Source of the DNA: Octopus vulgaris
Taxonomy: Eukaryota
DNA length: 64,000 bases
Reading direction: 5' to 3'
Assembly: GCA_951406725.2 (NCBI GenBank)
Contig: OX597816.1
Location: 167,152,001-167,216,000, forward strand
The notes under the pieces were generated by a model. That model saw nothing but the letters and a program-made list of their open reading frames with translations, did no database searches and had not been told where the DNA came from. Both the position numbers and the translations under genes were made by a program. Of the stretch, positions 24,010 through 37,283 are shown piece by piece. Position 1 is the stretch's first letter, and each line of letters opens with the position of its first letter.

Positions 24010-25512
24010 CTACAAGAGATAATAACAATGTTGAATAGATTCATAGAAATATTCATTAAATACAACAGAAAATAGTCTAATAAAGGGGCATATAAGCCCT
24101 TGACAGGGAAAAAGGCTTTCCTATCTGCATGGAGTCAAACCCACATCCCTTTGTTAATGCAACTAAGTGTGTTACCTTTACACCAGCAAATTAGCCTCCC
24201 CATTTCTATCAAATTTAAGAACTATAGTAGTTTGTTTTTATGTAAACAAACTTTTTAGATGCTTTTGGTGCAAATGGTTTTTTTGTATGGCACCGAGTTT
24301 ACAATCCTGTAAATAATAATAATGGTATTTTTATTTAAGCTTAAAGCTTATGGCAATCACCATGCAATGACTAAGGAAAATAGTCTAATAAAGGGGCATA
24401 TAAGCCCTCGACAGAAAAACGAAGGCTTTCCTATCCACATGGGAGTCAATATATACACTACAAATAGTGTAAAACTTAACTGCAGAAATCAACCAACATT
24501 TATATCAGCTAGTATTATTATATAGAAGTCATATATATATATATATAAATTAGAAAAACCACCTTTTATCAATTCAAAATGAAAAATTAAATTACACCAT
24601 CTAGAAAATTACCTATAATAGAAAGATTGAATATAAGATAAAAAATATAATGATGATTTAGTAATGTGCAAAATAATAAATAAAACGTATATATATATAT
24701 ATTATATTTTGTGAAATTTGATTTAGTATTTCTAAGTTTAATTTTTCCCTGTAAGTTTGGAATAAGATTCCCTCATATATATATATATATATATATATAG
24801 GCTAAGACTGTTAATAATGTCTGTATTAACAGACTAACCTAGAGTTAAACAACAACAGGGTCCTATGATCAAAGCAATGGAGTATCAGTCCTTTTGTGTG
24901 TGTGCATGTGTGTTTCGTATTCGTTTTGGTTTCTTTGAAAATCTGAATGTTTTAGCTATTGTTGAATGCCTCTCCTTAAACTAATAGGAGGGGAAAATAA
25001 CATGATTCGGCAAACTTCAAACAGAGAGAACTCTGTACATCACACACAAAATACACCAGTCATCTGTCGACTGTATCTTAATACCCTTCAGTGAATAGTG
25101 TTTGTGAGTTTTACAGAATGCAAATGATAAGCATTAGTTTGGGTTTTCCCTTTAACCCTTAAGCATTCAGGTTACTCTGTCAAATGTAATGCTTATTTAT
25201 TCGCATTGTTTTTAATTTATCATTGATCATCTCATAGCTTTGAGGTTTCAGTGATGTGATTGTTTATTTTTAGAATGACATTGTAGGGGTGAGAGCCCAG
25301 ATCTGGCTTCTTACATAAAACAATTAGAATATTTGAGCTGGATATGACCCGTTTAAAGGAAGTGGAGAGGTTGAATTGATTGAGCATCAGATTAAATGCT
25401 TTGTGACATTTCTGGTTCCTCCACATTCTGAGATCAAATCCTGCTGAGGTACGTGATCTCAACAGAAAGTAAAAACAAGGCGGCGAATAAAGTAAAAAGA
25501 AGGCAATGAATA

Positions 25513-25742
25513 AAGGCGGCAAGTTGGCAGAAACGTTAGCACACCGGGCAAAATGCATAACGGTATTTCGTCTCTTTACGTTCTGAGTTCAAATTCCGCT
25601 GAGGTTGACTTAGCCTTTCATCCTTCGGGGTAAATAAATTAAGTAACAGTTATGCACTGGCATCGATGTAATCGACTTAATCTGTTTGTCTGTCCTTGTT
25701 TGTCCCCTCTATGTGTAGCCCCTTGTGGGCAATAAAGAAATA
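25513..25742 (+). mobile_element. Nin/Deu-like SINE
   Basis: Co-linear with 8719-8954. Confidence 0.85.
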
Positions 25743-26219
25743 AAAACAAGGACCAATTAAATACTGGGGTTGGTTTAATTGGCTAATTATTCCCCAAAAA
25801 TTTCAGACTGTATCTCCTGTATCAGAAACAATTATTTTGTCCTGTCAAGACCCATTTTGCTTTTCAGCAGCTTCTTCCTCCACTAGACATAAGGGTCTCA
25901 AGTCCTAGACTCCAAGGGCTGGTTACCTGGTTTCCATGGCATGTAAGTGACCAAGATCACAACATTCCCCTTCACAAGGTTATGCAACATGAAATGAAGC
26001 ATTTTGATCTGGAACACAGATCTGTTCCACCAGATCTGAGAAATAAACCCCAATTTTAAGATTGTGAGTGCAATACTGACCACTAAGCCATGTGCCTTCA
26101 ACATTTCAGTATTTTGGGGGCCAGTAAAATAGATAATAATGATAAACCAAGGTTCAGTTTGAATGACAATACTAGTAGAGTATTTTTACCATAAAAACAA
26201 AAACAAAAAAAATACTTAC

Positions 26220-26309
26220 GGAAGAACTTTGGAGATTTTCTTGGAATTGTTCGATTTTCTGAAGTAATTTACTGTCGGATATTTTTGATTTGACTTCATC
26301 AACTAAAGC
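26220..26309 (-). CDS. MPRIP: MPRIP/outspread-like exon, 90 nt ALVDEVKSKISDSKLLQKIEQFQENLQSSS
   Basis: tttttag acceptor, |gtaagt donor, phase 0-0. Absent from the ORF track. Confidence 0.85.
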
Positions 26310-26496
26310 CTAAAAAATAAACAAAAATATTGAATATTGTTTTGAAGTTAATTTTCAGGGACAACTTCATTGCATTAAACAGCCTAAAGACACATGACCA
26401 TTACTTATATCAAGGGAACAACCTTCAACCTCACAACCATTAATTGCAGACAGCAGCAGCAACAACAACTAAAACCCCTCAAAGTTACTACAAACG

Positions 26497-27215
26497 GTGC
26501 AGGTGTGGCTGTGTGGTAAGAAGGTTACTACTCAACCACATGATTTTTGAGGTTCAGTCCCACTGTCTGGCACCTTGCACTACTTTTGGTATCTTTTGCC
26601 AAACAGCTATGTTACAGGGACGTAAACATACCAGCATCGGTTGTCTAGTGAGGTTGAGGGGACAAACACAGACATGCACATATACATACATACATATATA
26701 CGATGGGCTTCTTTTCAGTTTCCTCTATCAAATCCATTCACAAGGCTTTGGTCGGCCTGAGGCTATAGTAGAAGACACTTGCCCAAGGTGCCACACAATG
26801 GGACTGAACCCAGACCATGTGGTTGGTAAGCAAGCTACTTACCACACAGCCACTCCTGTGCCTGTGTGTGTGTGTGTATATATGTGTGTATGTATATATA
26901 AGGTTAAGCATATTAAAAGGGGTTTGTGGGAAAACTTATCTAAGTACAAAGGGTCCTTGGTAGTGAAATGGTTGGGAACCACTGCACTATAGCCTCAGGC
27001 CAATCAAAGCCTTGTCAGTGGATCTTGTAGATGAAAACAAAGAATATGCATGTGCGTTTGTCCCCCATCACTGCTTGACAACCAGTGTTGGTGTGTTTAT
27101 GTCCTCATAACTTAGGTGACTGATAGAATAAGTACTAGGGTCGATTCATTCAACTAATTTTTTTCAGTGCCCCAGCTTGGCCACAGTCTAATGACAAACA
27201 AGTAAAAGACAAAAG
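26497..27215. mobile_element. Nested cluster: plus-strand CORE-type SINE interrupted by an inverted copy (about 26581-26862) and a hAT MITE end
   Basis: The head at 26497-26580 resumes at about 26986 (actatagcctcagg). A ggttgggaaccactg hAT terminus sits at 26970-26985. Confidence 0.7.
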
Positions 27216-28582
27216 ATATCCAAAGCACCGATGTTTCCTTGCAACCCCACCCCACATATCACATTGCTAAGATGGTACCTCAAAGACTAGCTTTTCTGTT
27301 CAGTTGCTGACCCCCTACAAATCTCAAAATGGAAAAGAGAGTCCTACTTCCACAACCAGGCTGGGGCTAATGCAACTATAACACTTTACACTGTATCCAA
27401 AACAAATTAAGCCACCCCTGTCCAACACGCTATAAGCTCAGACCGACAAATGGAACACCATCTACATTTATTGATACAACAGCAATTGCCAATTCTCTGA
27501 ACTAGCCACCCCACCCATGTACACTCCCATCTCTCTTCCTAATGTCACCCCATCTGCAGTGTCTGGTTTGTCCTAACAGAAATTCTCTCCTTGTGCATAA
27601 TTTTCCCTGAAGATCAGCCCCCATCACATTGGTCTGATGGGGGGGAAGTTTGAGAAGTCCCAGGTTACTACTGCCCCAACAACCTAATCATGTCAATCTT
27701 GAAGAATCTAAGAATGTTGCTAGTGCTGCCCCTAATCACCTGAATCCAGTGATTCTTAAACAATGTTCCACATCTCACTGATGCACCACAATGGATGTCG
27801 AGAACTATCACTGATCTTTTTGAAAAAAAAAATCATTTTTTTCAGAAAATGTCTTTAAAAAATAAATATTTAAGTCTCTAGAAAATCCACATTAAAGGCC
27901 GTCTTTAAAACTGTGTCATTCATAATTTTCTTGTTATCAACGCAAATATAATTAATGAAACAAAGCCTGTTTCATACATTTTCCTAAATGTTTAACTTTC
28001 AAACAATTTGTTTCTTTATATTTCCTTAGGCAGCGAACCATTAACTTTTGATCTCCAGTCGGCCGTGATGTTGAAACAATTGAGAGCCGCAGCCCTAAGG
28101 AAACACATAAACACTGCTCAGAAGTAGAATTGAAGTCATCACCCATTTATGAATACTTCTTTACAAACAACCACAAACTAGGGTCATTTAATTAAGCTCA
28201 TGTTTCAATATATACCCTATTTAACATACTTCACATCTTAATGAATCATATTTTATTCATCACTGAATTGAACTTGTTAACACTAAACAAAAATCTCATT
28301 TGGTTTTACAGTTTGAATATACAAATAAACTCCATGTTTTACAAGGTGCAGCAGAAAAACCTCCCGTAATTTACGAGACTATTGATGTGGCCTTTGTGAA
28401 GAGAGACAAAGGGTAATGGTGCCTTCATGTGGCTAATGTTTGACCATTCAGGTCTGGACTGGTGAACACTGTTTGCTGTTGAAATGTTTGTCATCTGTAT
28501 ATTTTGGGAAGTCGGGGGTGGGTGCCAGTTATTTAATTATACTAATTGATTAGTGATGTATCAACGCATTCATTTGTATATA

Positions 28583-28960
28583 TTGTCATGGCACTGTCGG
28601 TTACAATGAGGGTCCCAGTTGATCCGATCAATGGAACAGCCTGCTCCTGAAACGTGCAAGTGGCTGAACACTGCACAGACACGTGTACCCTTAACGTAGT
28701 TCTAGGGGAGATTCAGCGTGACACAGAGTGTGACAAGGCTGGCCCCTTTGAAATACAGGTACAACAGAAACAGGGAGAGAGAAAGTTGTGGTGAAAGAGT
28801 ACAGCAGGGTTCATCACCCCCTCCCCTGCCCTGCTGGAGCCTTGTGGAGATTTAGGTGTTTTCGCTCAATAAACACTCACAACACCTGGTCTGGGAATTG
28901 AAACCGCGATTCTACGACTGCAAGTCAGTTGCCCTAACCACTGGGCCATTGCGCCTCCAT
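28583..28960 (-). mobile_element. tRNA-derived SINE, fifth family (ggaggcgcaatggcccagtggttaggg head)
   Basis: A/B boxes on the minus strand. The body recurs at 44290-44475, 29860-29957 and 49200-49245. Confidence 0.8.
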
Positions 28961-29460
28961 TGGATATACTACTGTATATATGAGATGGAAGTTTCACATA
29001 GGCAGTAAGATTTGCTTGTTACATGTACATAGAATACAGAGAACATTTATAAGGAAACACTATCTGTTAAAGACATCTTGGCATGTAAATAATGATGCCC
29101 CAGCATGGCTATGGCTTTACTGGGACACAAATGAAATAAACGAAAAATGTACAAGAACATGAATGTGACACCAAGACCTTCAATTCTAATATTGGTAATT
29201 TGTGTATTTACCTAATGAAACACTCATGAATACGACAACCAGAGGAGGTTATTCTTTGATTTCAACATGGGTCATTATGCACTACATGGTAAATTTCCCT
29301 ACATGCTAGATAATACTTTGTCTATTTTTTGCTTTTTTAATTCACCATGTCAATACTAAAATATTGAATAAATATATTTTCCTGTATAATTTGTATTATC
29401 AATTGACTTTTAATTATATTCTGAGAAAAGAGTACTATTGTGAATACAAGTAACCAAAAT

Positions 29461-29820
29461 AGGGTTCCTTTGGAAAATCCATAGAGTAATGTTACTCAAA
29501 AAAGTGCATAGCTCTGAGATTAGCGAATCTCTTCAGGTCAAGCTGCTACTTCTCTGTATTGAGGGGCCACAGTTCCAGAACTATGAACATGTGATTGGAA
29601 TGTAGCAGAAAAGAACTGCAAGAGATTTTTCAAGCTGAGCCAATTAGCAAGAGACCAAGGAGGAGACCAACAACGAGATGGTTGCATCATGTCCAAAGTC
29701 TCAGTTGGTCATGCATGGGACTACAGCTGGAAAGTATGAGGACAGTTGCTTCTAATAGGACCAGATGGAGGAGGTACCTGAAGACTCCACTCTCATCTTC
29801 CCAGGAAAAGAGGGATGGAT
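29461..29820 (+). mobile_element. RTE-clade LINE 3' end remnant; second shorter tail at about 30020-30145
   Basis: KRPRRRPTTRWL...VASNRTRWR, the RPxGRPxxRW...AxxRxxWR C-terminus of RTE ORF2, followed by a (GGAT)n-like tail. Confidence 0.8.
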
Positions 29821-30200
29821 GATTGTATATTTTCTTATATTTTCAATATATTGTATATATTGTCGTGGTACTCTGTCGGTTACAATGTGGGTTCCAGTTG
29901 ATCCGATCAATGGAACAGCCTGCTCCTGAAACGTGCAAGTGGCTGAGCACTCCACAGTCACATGTACATTGTATATTCTCTTATAGTGAATGAAGGTAGG
30001 TAATTAAGCAAAGTTCCTATTATGAATCTAGGGAACCCAGCTGAAAAGTGTAATGATGGTGGCTTATTATAGGACTCTATGGAGGGGTTGCATGAGGACT
30101 CTACCCATGACTCTCCCAAGAATAGTGGGTGAAGAAAACAGATGTATGGATATACTGGAAAAGGTTGGGCTTTCATAAACTAAATTCAGTTAATACTTAC

Positions 30201-33200
30201 ATTAAAATAATTTTTCTGTACAGCCATGTTTCGTGATAGTTGATTAACTTGATCCCGCAACTGAGCTTCAGTCTGATGTTCACTGGCCTGAATGGCACCA
30301 ACAGCCGTTGTGATGTCCATTTTAACTTGTTCAAGCTCAGCTTCTCGTTCATCCACCATACAATCAAGTTCATCTTGTAAATGTGCAATCCTGTCTTCAT
30401 ACTCCGACACTAAAACATCTCTATCTTGATCTTTTTCTTTGATTATTTTACTCATTTTATTGCAGGTAGATGTAATTTCCTTTCTTATGCTATCTACATG
30501 GTTTTTATGCATATCGTTAACCGATTGGCATTCTTTTACAAAAACTACTTCCAAGTTTTCGATTTGCTTTCTGGCCCAATCACATTCATTACAACCTTCT
30601 TGCACTCCCTGAGTTTCAAATTTTAAAGAATCAATCTCTCGTTTCAAGGCACTAATGACATTCTTTTCATCTCTGTGGTAATGTTCAATGATTTCTTCAA
30701 AGCCTTTTAACATGCCCTGCACATCCACCGAAGGCTGCTTGCTGTCCCGCAGTTGCAGGTCTTTAGCAGAGGACATGTTTGAGCTAAGTTTCATTTGACT
30801 CAACTCTTCACTGTATTCTAGTTTTAATTTTTCCATCAAGTAACACATCTGGGCTTGAAACACTGACTCCCGAATTACTTGTTGAGAAAAATTGGTCAAG
30901 CAATTAGGAAAATAATTTTCAGTAGACGAAACATAATCAAGAAGTTTTTTAATTTCTTGCACTTTCTGTTCATTCCCTGTTGTATTTGATTGATTAAGTA
31001 ACTCACGCAATGTCTGCTCCTTTAATTTGGCGTTGGTCTTTAGGACACCGCCTAATTTTTTCATTAAAGTTTCCCATCGACGTTCATCATCAGATATACT
31101 AAGTTCCACACTTCGCTCTTCATGACTTTCAGAACTGGAGCCAAATTTATTTTCATACAATTCTGAAATATAAGTAAGCTGCCCTCGTATTGTTGCATTT
31201 AGTACTAACACATCAGCAAGCTCCACCAAGTGAGCCTTAATATTATCAACATAATCTTTGTCAGAGGCATCTCCTTGATGGTTTCCCTGTAATAAGCTTT
31301 GCATTGTTTTCATGAATGATTCTTGTTCGTTTAAGAGAGATTGGTGAATGATTTGGCATTTCCTAGATGTTGGCAAACTGAGGTCGAGCATTTCTTCGTA
31401 CTGTTTGATATGACCTTGCAAAAGTCTGTGGACTTGACTAACTTCCAGGATCATATTTTGCTGCCCTGAAGACTGCTTCAAGATCTCCTGTATTTGATGG
31501 AGTTTTTTATCTTTATATTTACATACAAGGTCTTGACATAGTTTCTTCTCATCTTTTAATTTGACAAAAGCACTTTTTGATTCTTCAACAAAGAAATCAA
31601 AAGGCTTCTTGCTCATTTCCTGCGTAATTTGGTCCTTCAGATTTATAAGAGCGAAAGTCATCTCACCTTGTAATAGAACTTGTGCAGTGAAATGACCTGA
31701 AAACTTCTCAAGCTGATCTCCAAGATACTGGAACTGATGTTCCATGTACTCACAAGACAGAGTCCGCGAAATTGCTTCTATAGCCAGGCATGGAATTTCA
31801 GAAAGATCCTTGGTTTTTTCTGCAGGTTCAACTACTGGGCCCTGAGATCTCATGCTAGACATAAGATGACCTTCAACAATAATTTTCTGTGCCAACATTT
31901 CGACATAATTACAAAGAACTTGAGCATCATTATCCAAAGAACAGTCATCCAAGTCTTTTATGACTTTCTCCTTTAACTGAAGAAATAATTGATTCACTTC
32001 ATTTATTTCTTTCCAAAGTGGATCTGGGCAACGGTTACTGAGGTAATTGTTCTGAAGTAGGTGTGATAATTCACCAAGAACAACAATTTGTAAAGCCAGT
32101 TTTTCAGCATAAATAACTATTTTTTGACTTGTGTCTTCACTGTTCTTTTCAATGGCTTCCCATTTTTCTTTAAGTTGTTTTTCAATGGTAACTTTCTTCA
32201 AGTAGAGGGAACCCAAAATGTGCCATTCCTCTTTGGTTAAATTCTGCACATGTTGGATGTAACGAATCATGTAGCAGAGTTTGTCTTTGATTCTTGGAGT
32301 TAATTTATTTGTCTGTTGTTTTGTAGCAGCAGACTCGATTGCCCTCACTTCCTCATTTACATCAACTAACTTCTTCATAACTTGACTCATACAATTATGA
32401 AAGGCCAACTTAACCTCGTCAAGAGTTCGTTTTTCAGGAAGTTCCGGTATCTCTTGTTTATCCTTTGTTAATTGTTCACTGAGGTGCAGCGTGGTTTCCT
32501 CACAGAGCTGTAAGCGTTGAACGAGAGAACCTTTCTTTGAAGGCTGCCAATTTGGACTATTCTTGTCGTATTTTGAAGGCAAACTATGAAGTTTATTTGT
32601 GGAAGATATATGGTTGTTCATGTCTTGTATTGAAGACATATTGGGATCTGAAAACTCGTAATCTTCAGAATCAGAATTGAAACTGTCAGAGAGTTCTTGA
32701 GATGATTCACTCTGGTCTGAATCTTCAGAAGAATCGCTTTCTTCAAACTCATTCATCGATCGCAAAAGTTGTCTGCTTAGGACTCTAGAATGCAAATGTT
32801 GCGATTTCATCATATCTCCAACAAAAAGGATACGCTTTTCTAACTCCTCCAGTTTGCTTTCTATGTCCTTTGAAGACTCACTCACTTGATGTGAGTCCGT
32901 CTCCATGTGTTTCACAGTTGAACCGAGTTTACTCGTGAGATCTTCAATTTTCCCTGACAGTATCTTTAATTTCAAGCTATAGTCATCTTCTAGTTGTTTC
33001 ACTCGCTCTCGAAGTGTCTGCTCTTCTACTTTTAAAAGGTTGAACTCGCTATATGCATCGTCAAGTTCTTTGAGCAAGTTCTTGTTTTCTTGCTTGGCCT
33101 GGTTCAGTTGTTGTTTAATGTCATCGATATTACACGAGTCTTTCCCTGCAGTGCTAGAAGCGTCAGAGCCGGTCAAGGGAGGTAAATCTTCTATGACAGA

Positions 33201-34397
33201 TTGTGCCGTACACAAACAACTTTCAAGTTCAGCTGCTGACGAAATAGCTGAGGCGAGTACGTGGCTGTAGTCTTTCTTTTGGGTGTCCATAATTTGCTGC
33301 AAGATAGAATTAACCATGCTTACAAGACTCTGACCACTTGTTAAACTTGTTGATATTTCGGACAATTTCTGTTTGTAAATGCTGTCCTTCTCTTTCAAGG
33401 CTTCCAACACAAGTTTGTCGACATTCATGCGATGGTTTTGGAGCTGGTTATTCAAATGTTGCATCATACCTTCCAGATTTTGGTTGCGATCATGCAACTG
33501 GGACTTTTGCGAACATTCTTTCTCAAGCTTGACCAATAGCATTTTGCCCTCGCGCTGTTGGTCATCCACTTGTTTTTTAAGAACAACTTTCTCCTTCTCA
33601 TCTGTGTCCATCTTCTTTTGTAAATCCATCAATGTTTTCTCGATAGATTGTAACTGCTGCTTTAAATACATGTTATCCTTAAGGGCTGTATCCAAATGGG
33701 GTTTCAGAGCCGACCCTTTTGTTATTTCATTCTGCATCTCATCAGTTAGTTCTTCAATTTTATTGTGACTTTCTATTAGTTTTTCTTCCAGTTGGTTGAT
33801 TATATCATTTTTCTCAGTAAGTATAGCAGATATATCACTGGATAACGACTGACTCATTGACATCTCTCTCATGTCCCTCTTTTCCTGTTGATATTCGTGT
33901 TTCATTTCTTTCAAATGATCTTCCAGTTTACGGCAATGAAGATCCTTCTCTTTCACAGTTTTACGCAAACACTCCAGCTCCCTGTTGCTGTTGTCAAGCT
34001 TCTCCTTAGCTTGCCGATATTCATTCTCAACAGCTTTTAATTTAATTACTTCTCTTTCGCTATCTCTGAGTTTTTGCATATTCAACTTCACCTCCGTCTC
34101 CAGTCGTTTACATTCTTTCTCTTTGACTTGCAACGCTTCCCGACCCTTTTCAAGCTTCTGAGAAGTTTCTCGAAGTTGAGCCTCAACATTTTTCATTCTT
34201 TTCGTCCATTCTGAAGAAATCTTAGTGCAATGTTCTTTCTCTTGTTTTAGTTCTTTTAGAGCCTCTGACAGCGCCTTTTCTGTGCCAGTAAGTTTCGATA
34301 CTGACATATCTAATTTCGACTTGAGAGATTCAATTTCAGCCTTGTGCTGTTGTATGTCATCTCTTGCTTCTTTCAGTTGCCGCCTCAAGGTCTGAAC
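30201..34397 (-). CDS. MPRIP: MPRIP/outspread-like giant exon, 4197 nt (1399 aa), mostly coiled coil with an internal Ser/Asp-rich segment
   Basis: Lies inside the 1442-aa ORF. cttcag|GTT acceptor at 34397 and AAT|gtaagt donor at 30201, phase 0-0. E/K/Q/L heptad-rich and free of interspersed repeats. Confidence 0.95.
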
Positions 34398-35469
34398 CTG
34401 AAGAAAAGACGTTCCCTTATCAGTAAATATTAATGTCAACATTGAAATAGAGTTCTTAAAATAACATTTCAAATATTTTAATACATAATCATGCATTTTA
34501 ACAAATTTTAGCAATTTTTAACAATCTAAATATCTTGAATAATTCTAATAAACTCTAATTTTAAGCATTTTGTTACCATACTTTTGTTGATATATTCTTC
34601 GTTTATTTCAATTAATCTTGAAAATAAAGGATTTAGTAAAATAACTGTCATCATTAAAATGGTCTGAGAACAATTTAACACGAAAGGTTTTGAAATTACT
34701 TTAAAACAGGAAGTTTATATCATAGAACTAGGATAATCTTGGAGTAGGTTGGCATCATAAGAGTTAAGAACATTTTAAAAAAATTAATAAAACCAATCAA
34801 GATGTAATTAGTATTTAAATTAATGAAATTATTATAAATGAGATGAGACAAAACTGCGTTAGGCTGCCAAGCAGATATTTAATGAAGTGAGTAAATATCC
34901 AAAATGTTAGAAGCAGTAAATAAGAAAGGGTAGTTGAGATTTAGGCAATGAATTTAGCAAGGTTAGTAAAGTTTTAGACAAAATTACTTCAAAGAATCCT
35001 GAAGCAAACAGCTAAACATTTGAAAATGATCTATCAGTTAGGCTATATGTCGAAAGTGCTGTAGTTTTTGATTGTGAGAAAAACACTTCATAGACATGTA
35101 AAAATCTCATAACTTTCAAATGGTTCCTGGATGAATATCTCTGAATTCCAAATTAACTACCTATATCCGGATATATTTCTGCAAAAAATAACCCTTTAAT
35201 TGAATGAATTATGGTGCCCCAAAAAACGACTAAAATATGAAAGATCATTAAATGTCTTTTCCAGGTGGGGTTATTGAGTACTAACAGCACTACCTGGGTC
35301 AATTCCAGGTAAAACTTATCTAAGTATATCAAAGTGAAAGAAATATTGTCACAGCAGTGACTCATGGAAATGTTAAATACATTTTGTCTTTCTTGAGGCT
35401 TATCAACAACATGTGACTGTTTTTATAGCCTGGCAAACATTCAGCAATACCAGCGGAGGTGTTTCCTAT

Positions 35470-35900
35470 ATGCTGGTTTCAAATTTTGGCACAAGGCCAG
35501 CAATTTCGAGGATAAGTTGATTACAGTGACTCCAGTATTCAACTGGTACTTATTTTATCAACCCTGGAAAATTGAAAAGTCAACCATGGTGAAATTTGAA
35601 CTTAGAACATGAATGAATGAAATGCCACTAAGCATTTTGCCAGGCCTGCTAACAATTCTGCCAGCTCACCATGCCTCAAAATATTCATTCCAAATTTTGT
35701 TACAAGGCTAACGAATCTAAGCGAGGAGATGAGTTGATTACATTGACCCCCCAGGGCTCAAGTGGTACTGATTTTATCAACCCTGAGTGGATGAAAGGCC
35801 AAGTTGACCATGGCAGAATTTGAACTCAGAATGTAAAGACAGCGTAAATGCTGCTAAACATTTTTCCTGGGGTACTAACAATTCTGCCAGCTTGCTGCTT
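35470..35900 (-). mobile_element. Two tandem diverged Nin/Deu-like SINEs
   Basis: tttcaaattttggcacaaggcc...gaatttgaactcagaa...ctgccagct pattern twice. Similar copies at 38535-38965 and 41545-42070. Confidence 0.7.
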
Positions 35901-36369
35901 ACCGGATATGCTTCCTATATATTGAGGCATGGATTTTGCTCAAGCATGAAATCTCCAAAGAAAACTGAAATACATCTTACATTTCCACAAGTTGCAACAA
36001 TGTTCACCTCATTCTGATATAAGGTAGGTTTTTTATCTAACAACGTCTATGAAGAGATTTCCTCTCAGATAATAACCATAGCATCATACCTTTTAACAGT
36101 GAACATACATTTAGCATGATATGCAGATGCCTATTTTAATTTAATGCAGTTTTGTACACCTTTCATGTTTTGAATTGCATTAGGAAACAAAATATACAAT
36201 CATTTAACTATGTGACATTTTAGAAAATGATCATAATTAGTAAAAATTGTTTTGTTTTTTTTCTATAACCACTGTTCATCAAAATAGTGTATGAGCTTGT
36301 GAAAATGTGTGAGCGCAGGCATGCAGTGTGTATACACAGATGAAAAAGGTAAATGTGATTTTGAGTGAC

Positions 36370-36403
<34 letters not shown>

Positions 36404-36445
36404 TAATAATAATAATAATGATAATAATAATAATGATAATAATAA
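36370..36445. repeat. (TAA)n microsatellite
   Basis: Directly visible. Confidence 0.95.
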
Positions 36446-36997
36446 AATAATATCGATGTGGATATTACCTCGGAAAGCATGATGAAGGTTTCAGAGGAAG
36501 GTTCCAAGAGCTGAATGTTATAAACCCAGAAAAAATGTCAAGTGTTGTGCAATATATGAGGTGACAACATCAGTGATAGGCAACAGAATAAGTCAGTCTT
36601 GTGCCAGTGTGTGTGTGTGTATATGTGTATATATATGTGTGTGTGTGTGTGTGCATCACTTGTAAGCACAACCTTACACAAATAACACGTAGGGTACCTA
36701 CTGTCACTTGTCACCTTGTGGTGGGTACCCCATTACTTCCTGCACCCACCTGCTTTGCTTAAGTGTCTTCACCTGGGAATCAGGGACACAGCAGGTAGGG
36801 AGGAAATGAGAAGACTACTACTGCAGTCACAGTGTGTGTGGGTGGGGTAATAAATAGTTAGAGGGAGGGGAGGAGAATGTTGTTGTTCAGCTACAGAAGG
36901 CCAACTCCACACTTGGTTGCTGGTAATTTTTTTTCATTGATAAAATAAATTCACCACTACCACCAGCAGCCAGCTTGGTGGTGGTAGTGGTGATGGT

Positions 36998-37002
<5 letters not shown>

Positions 37003-37063
<61 letters not shown>

Positions 37064-37246
37064 GGTGGGTGGACAAGGAGAAAGCAGGAAGGAAAACAAC
37101 CCTCAACCTGTTATTAATAAGACAAGCGAATGTCACCAACTGACCAATCAACTCTCCCCTAAGCCCTAACCCACCTCTTGATGTTCATAAAACAGACAGT
37201 CTGGCAGCAGGTAATGGATGTGGACCAACAAAACTAGTCCATCCAC

Positions 37247-37280
<34 letters not shown>
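37003..37280. repeat. (GA)n tracts at 37003-37059 and 37248-37280
   Basis: Directly visible. Confidence 0.95.

Positions 37281-37283
<3 letters not shown>

Noticed and set aside
26444-26992. 182-aa ORF and the recurring QIHSQGFGRPEAIVEDTCPRCH peptide elsewhere
   Set aside because: Antisense reading of the CORE-type SINE, not a protein family.
30186-34514. 1442-aa ORF as a stand-alone intronless gene
   Set aside because: The first 39 and last 4 codons lie outside canonical splice sites, and the frame joins flanking exons on both sides.
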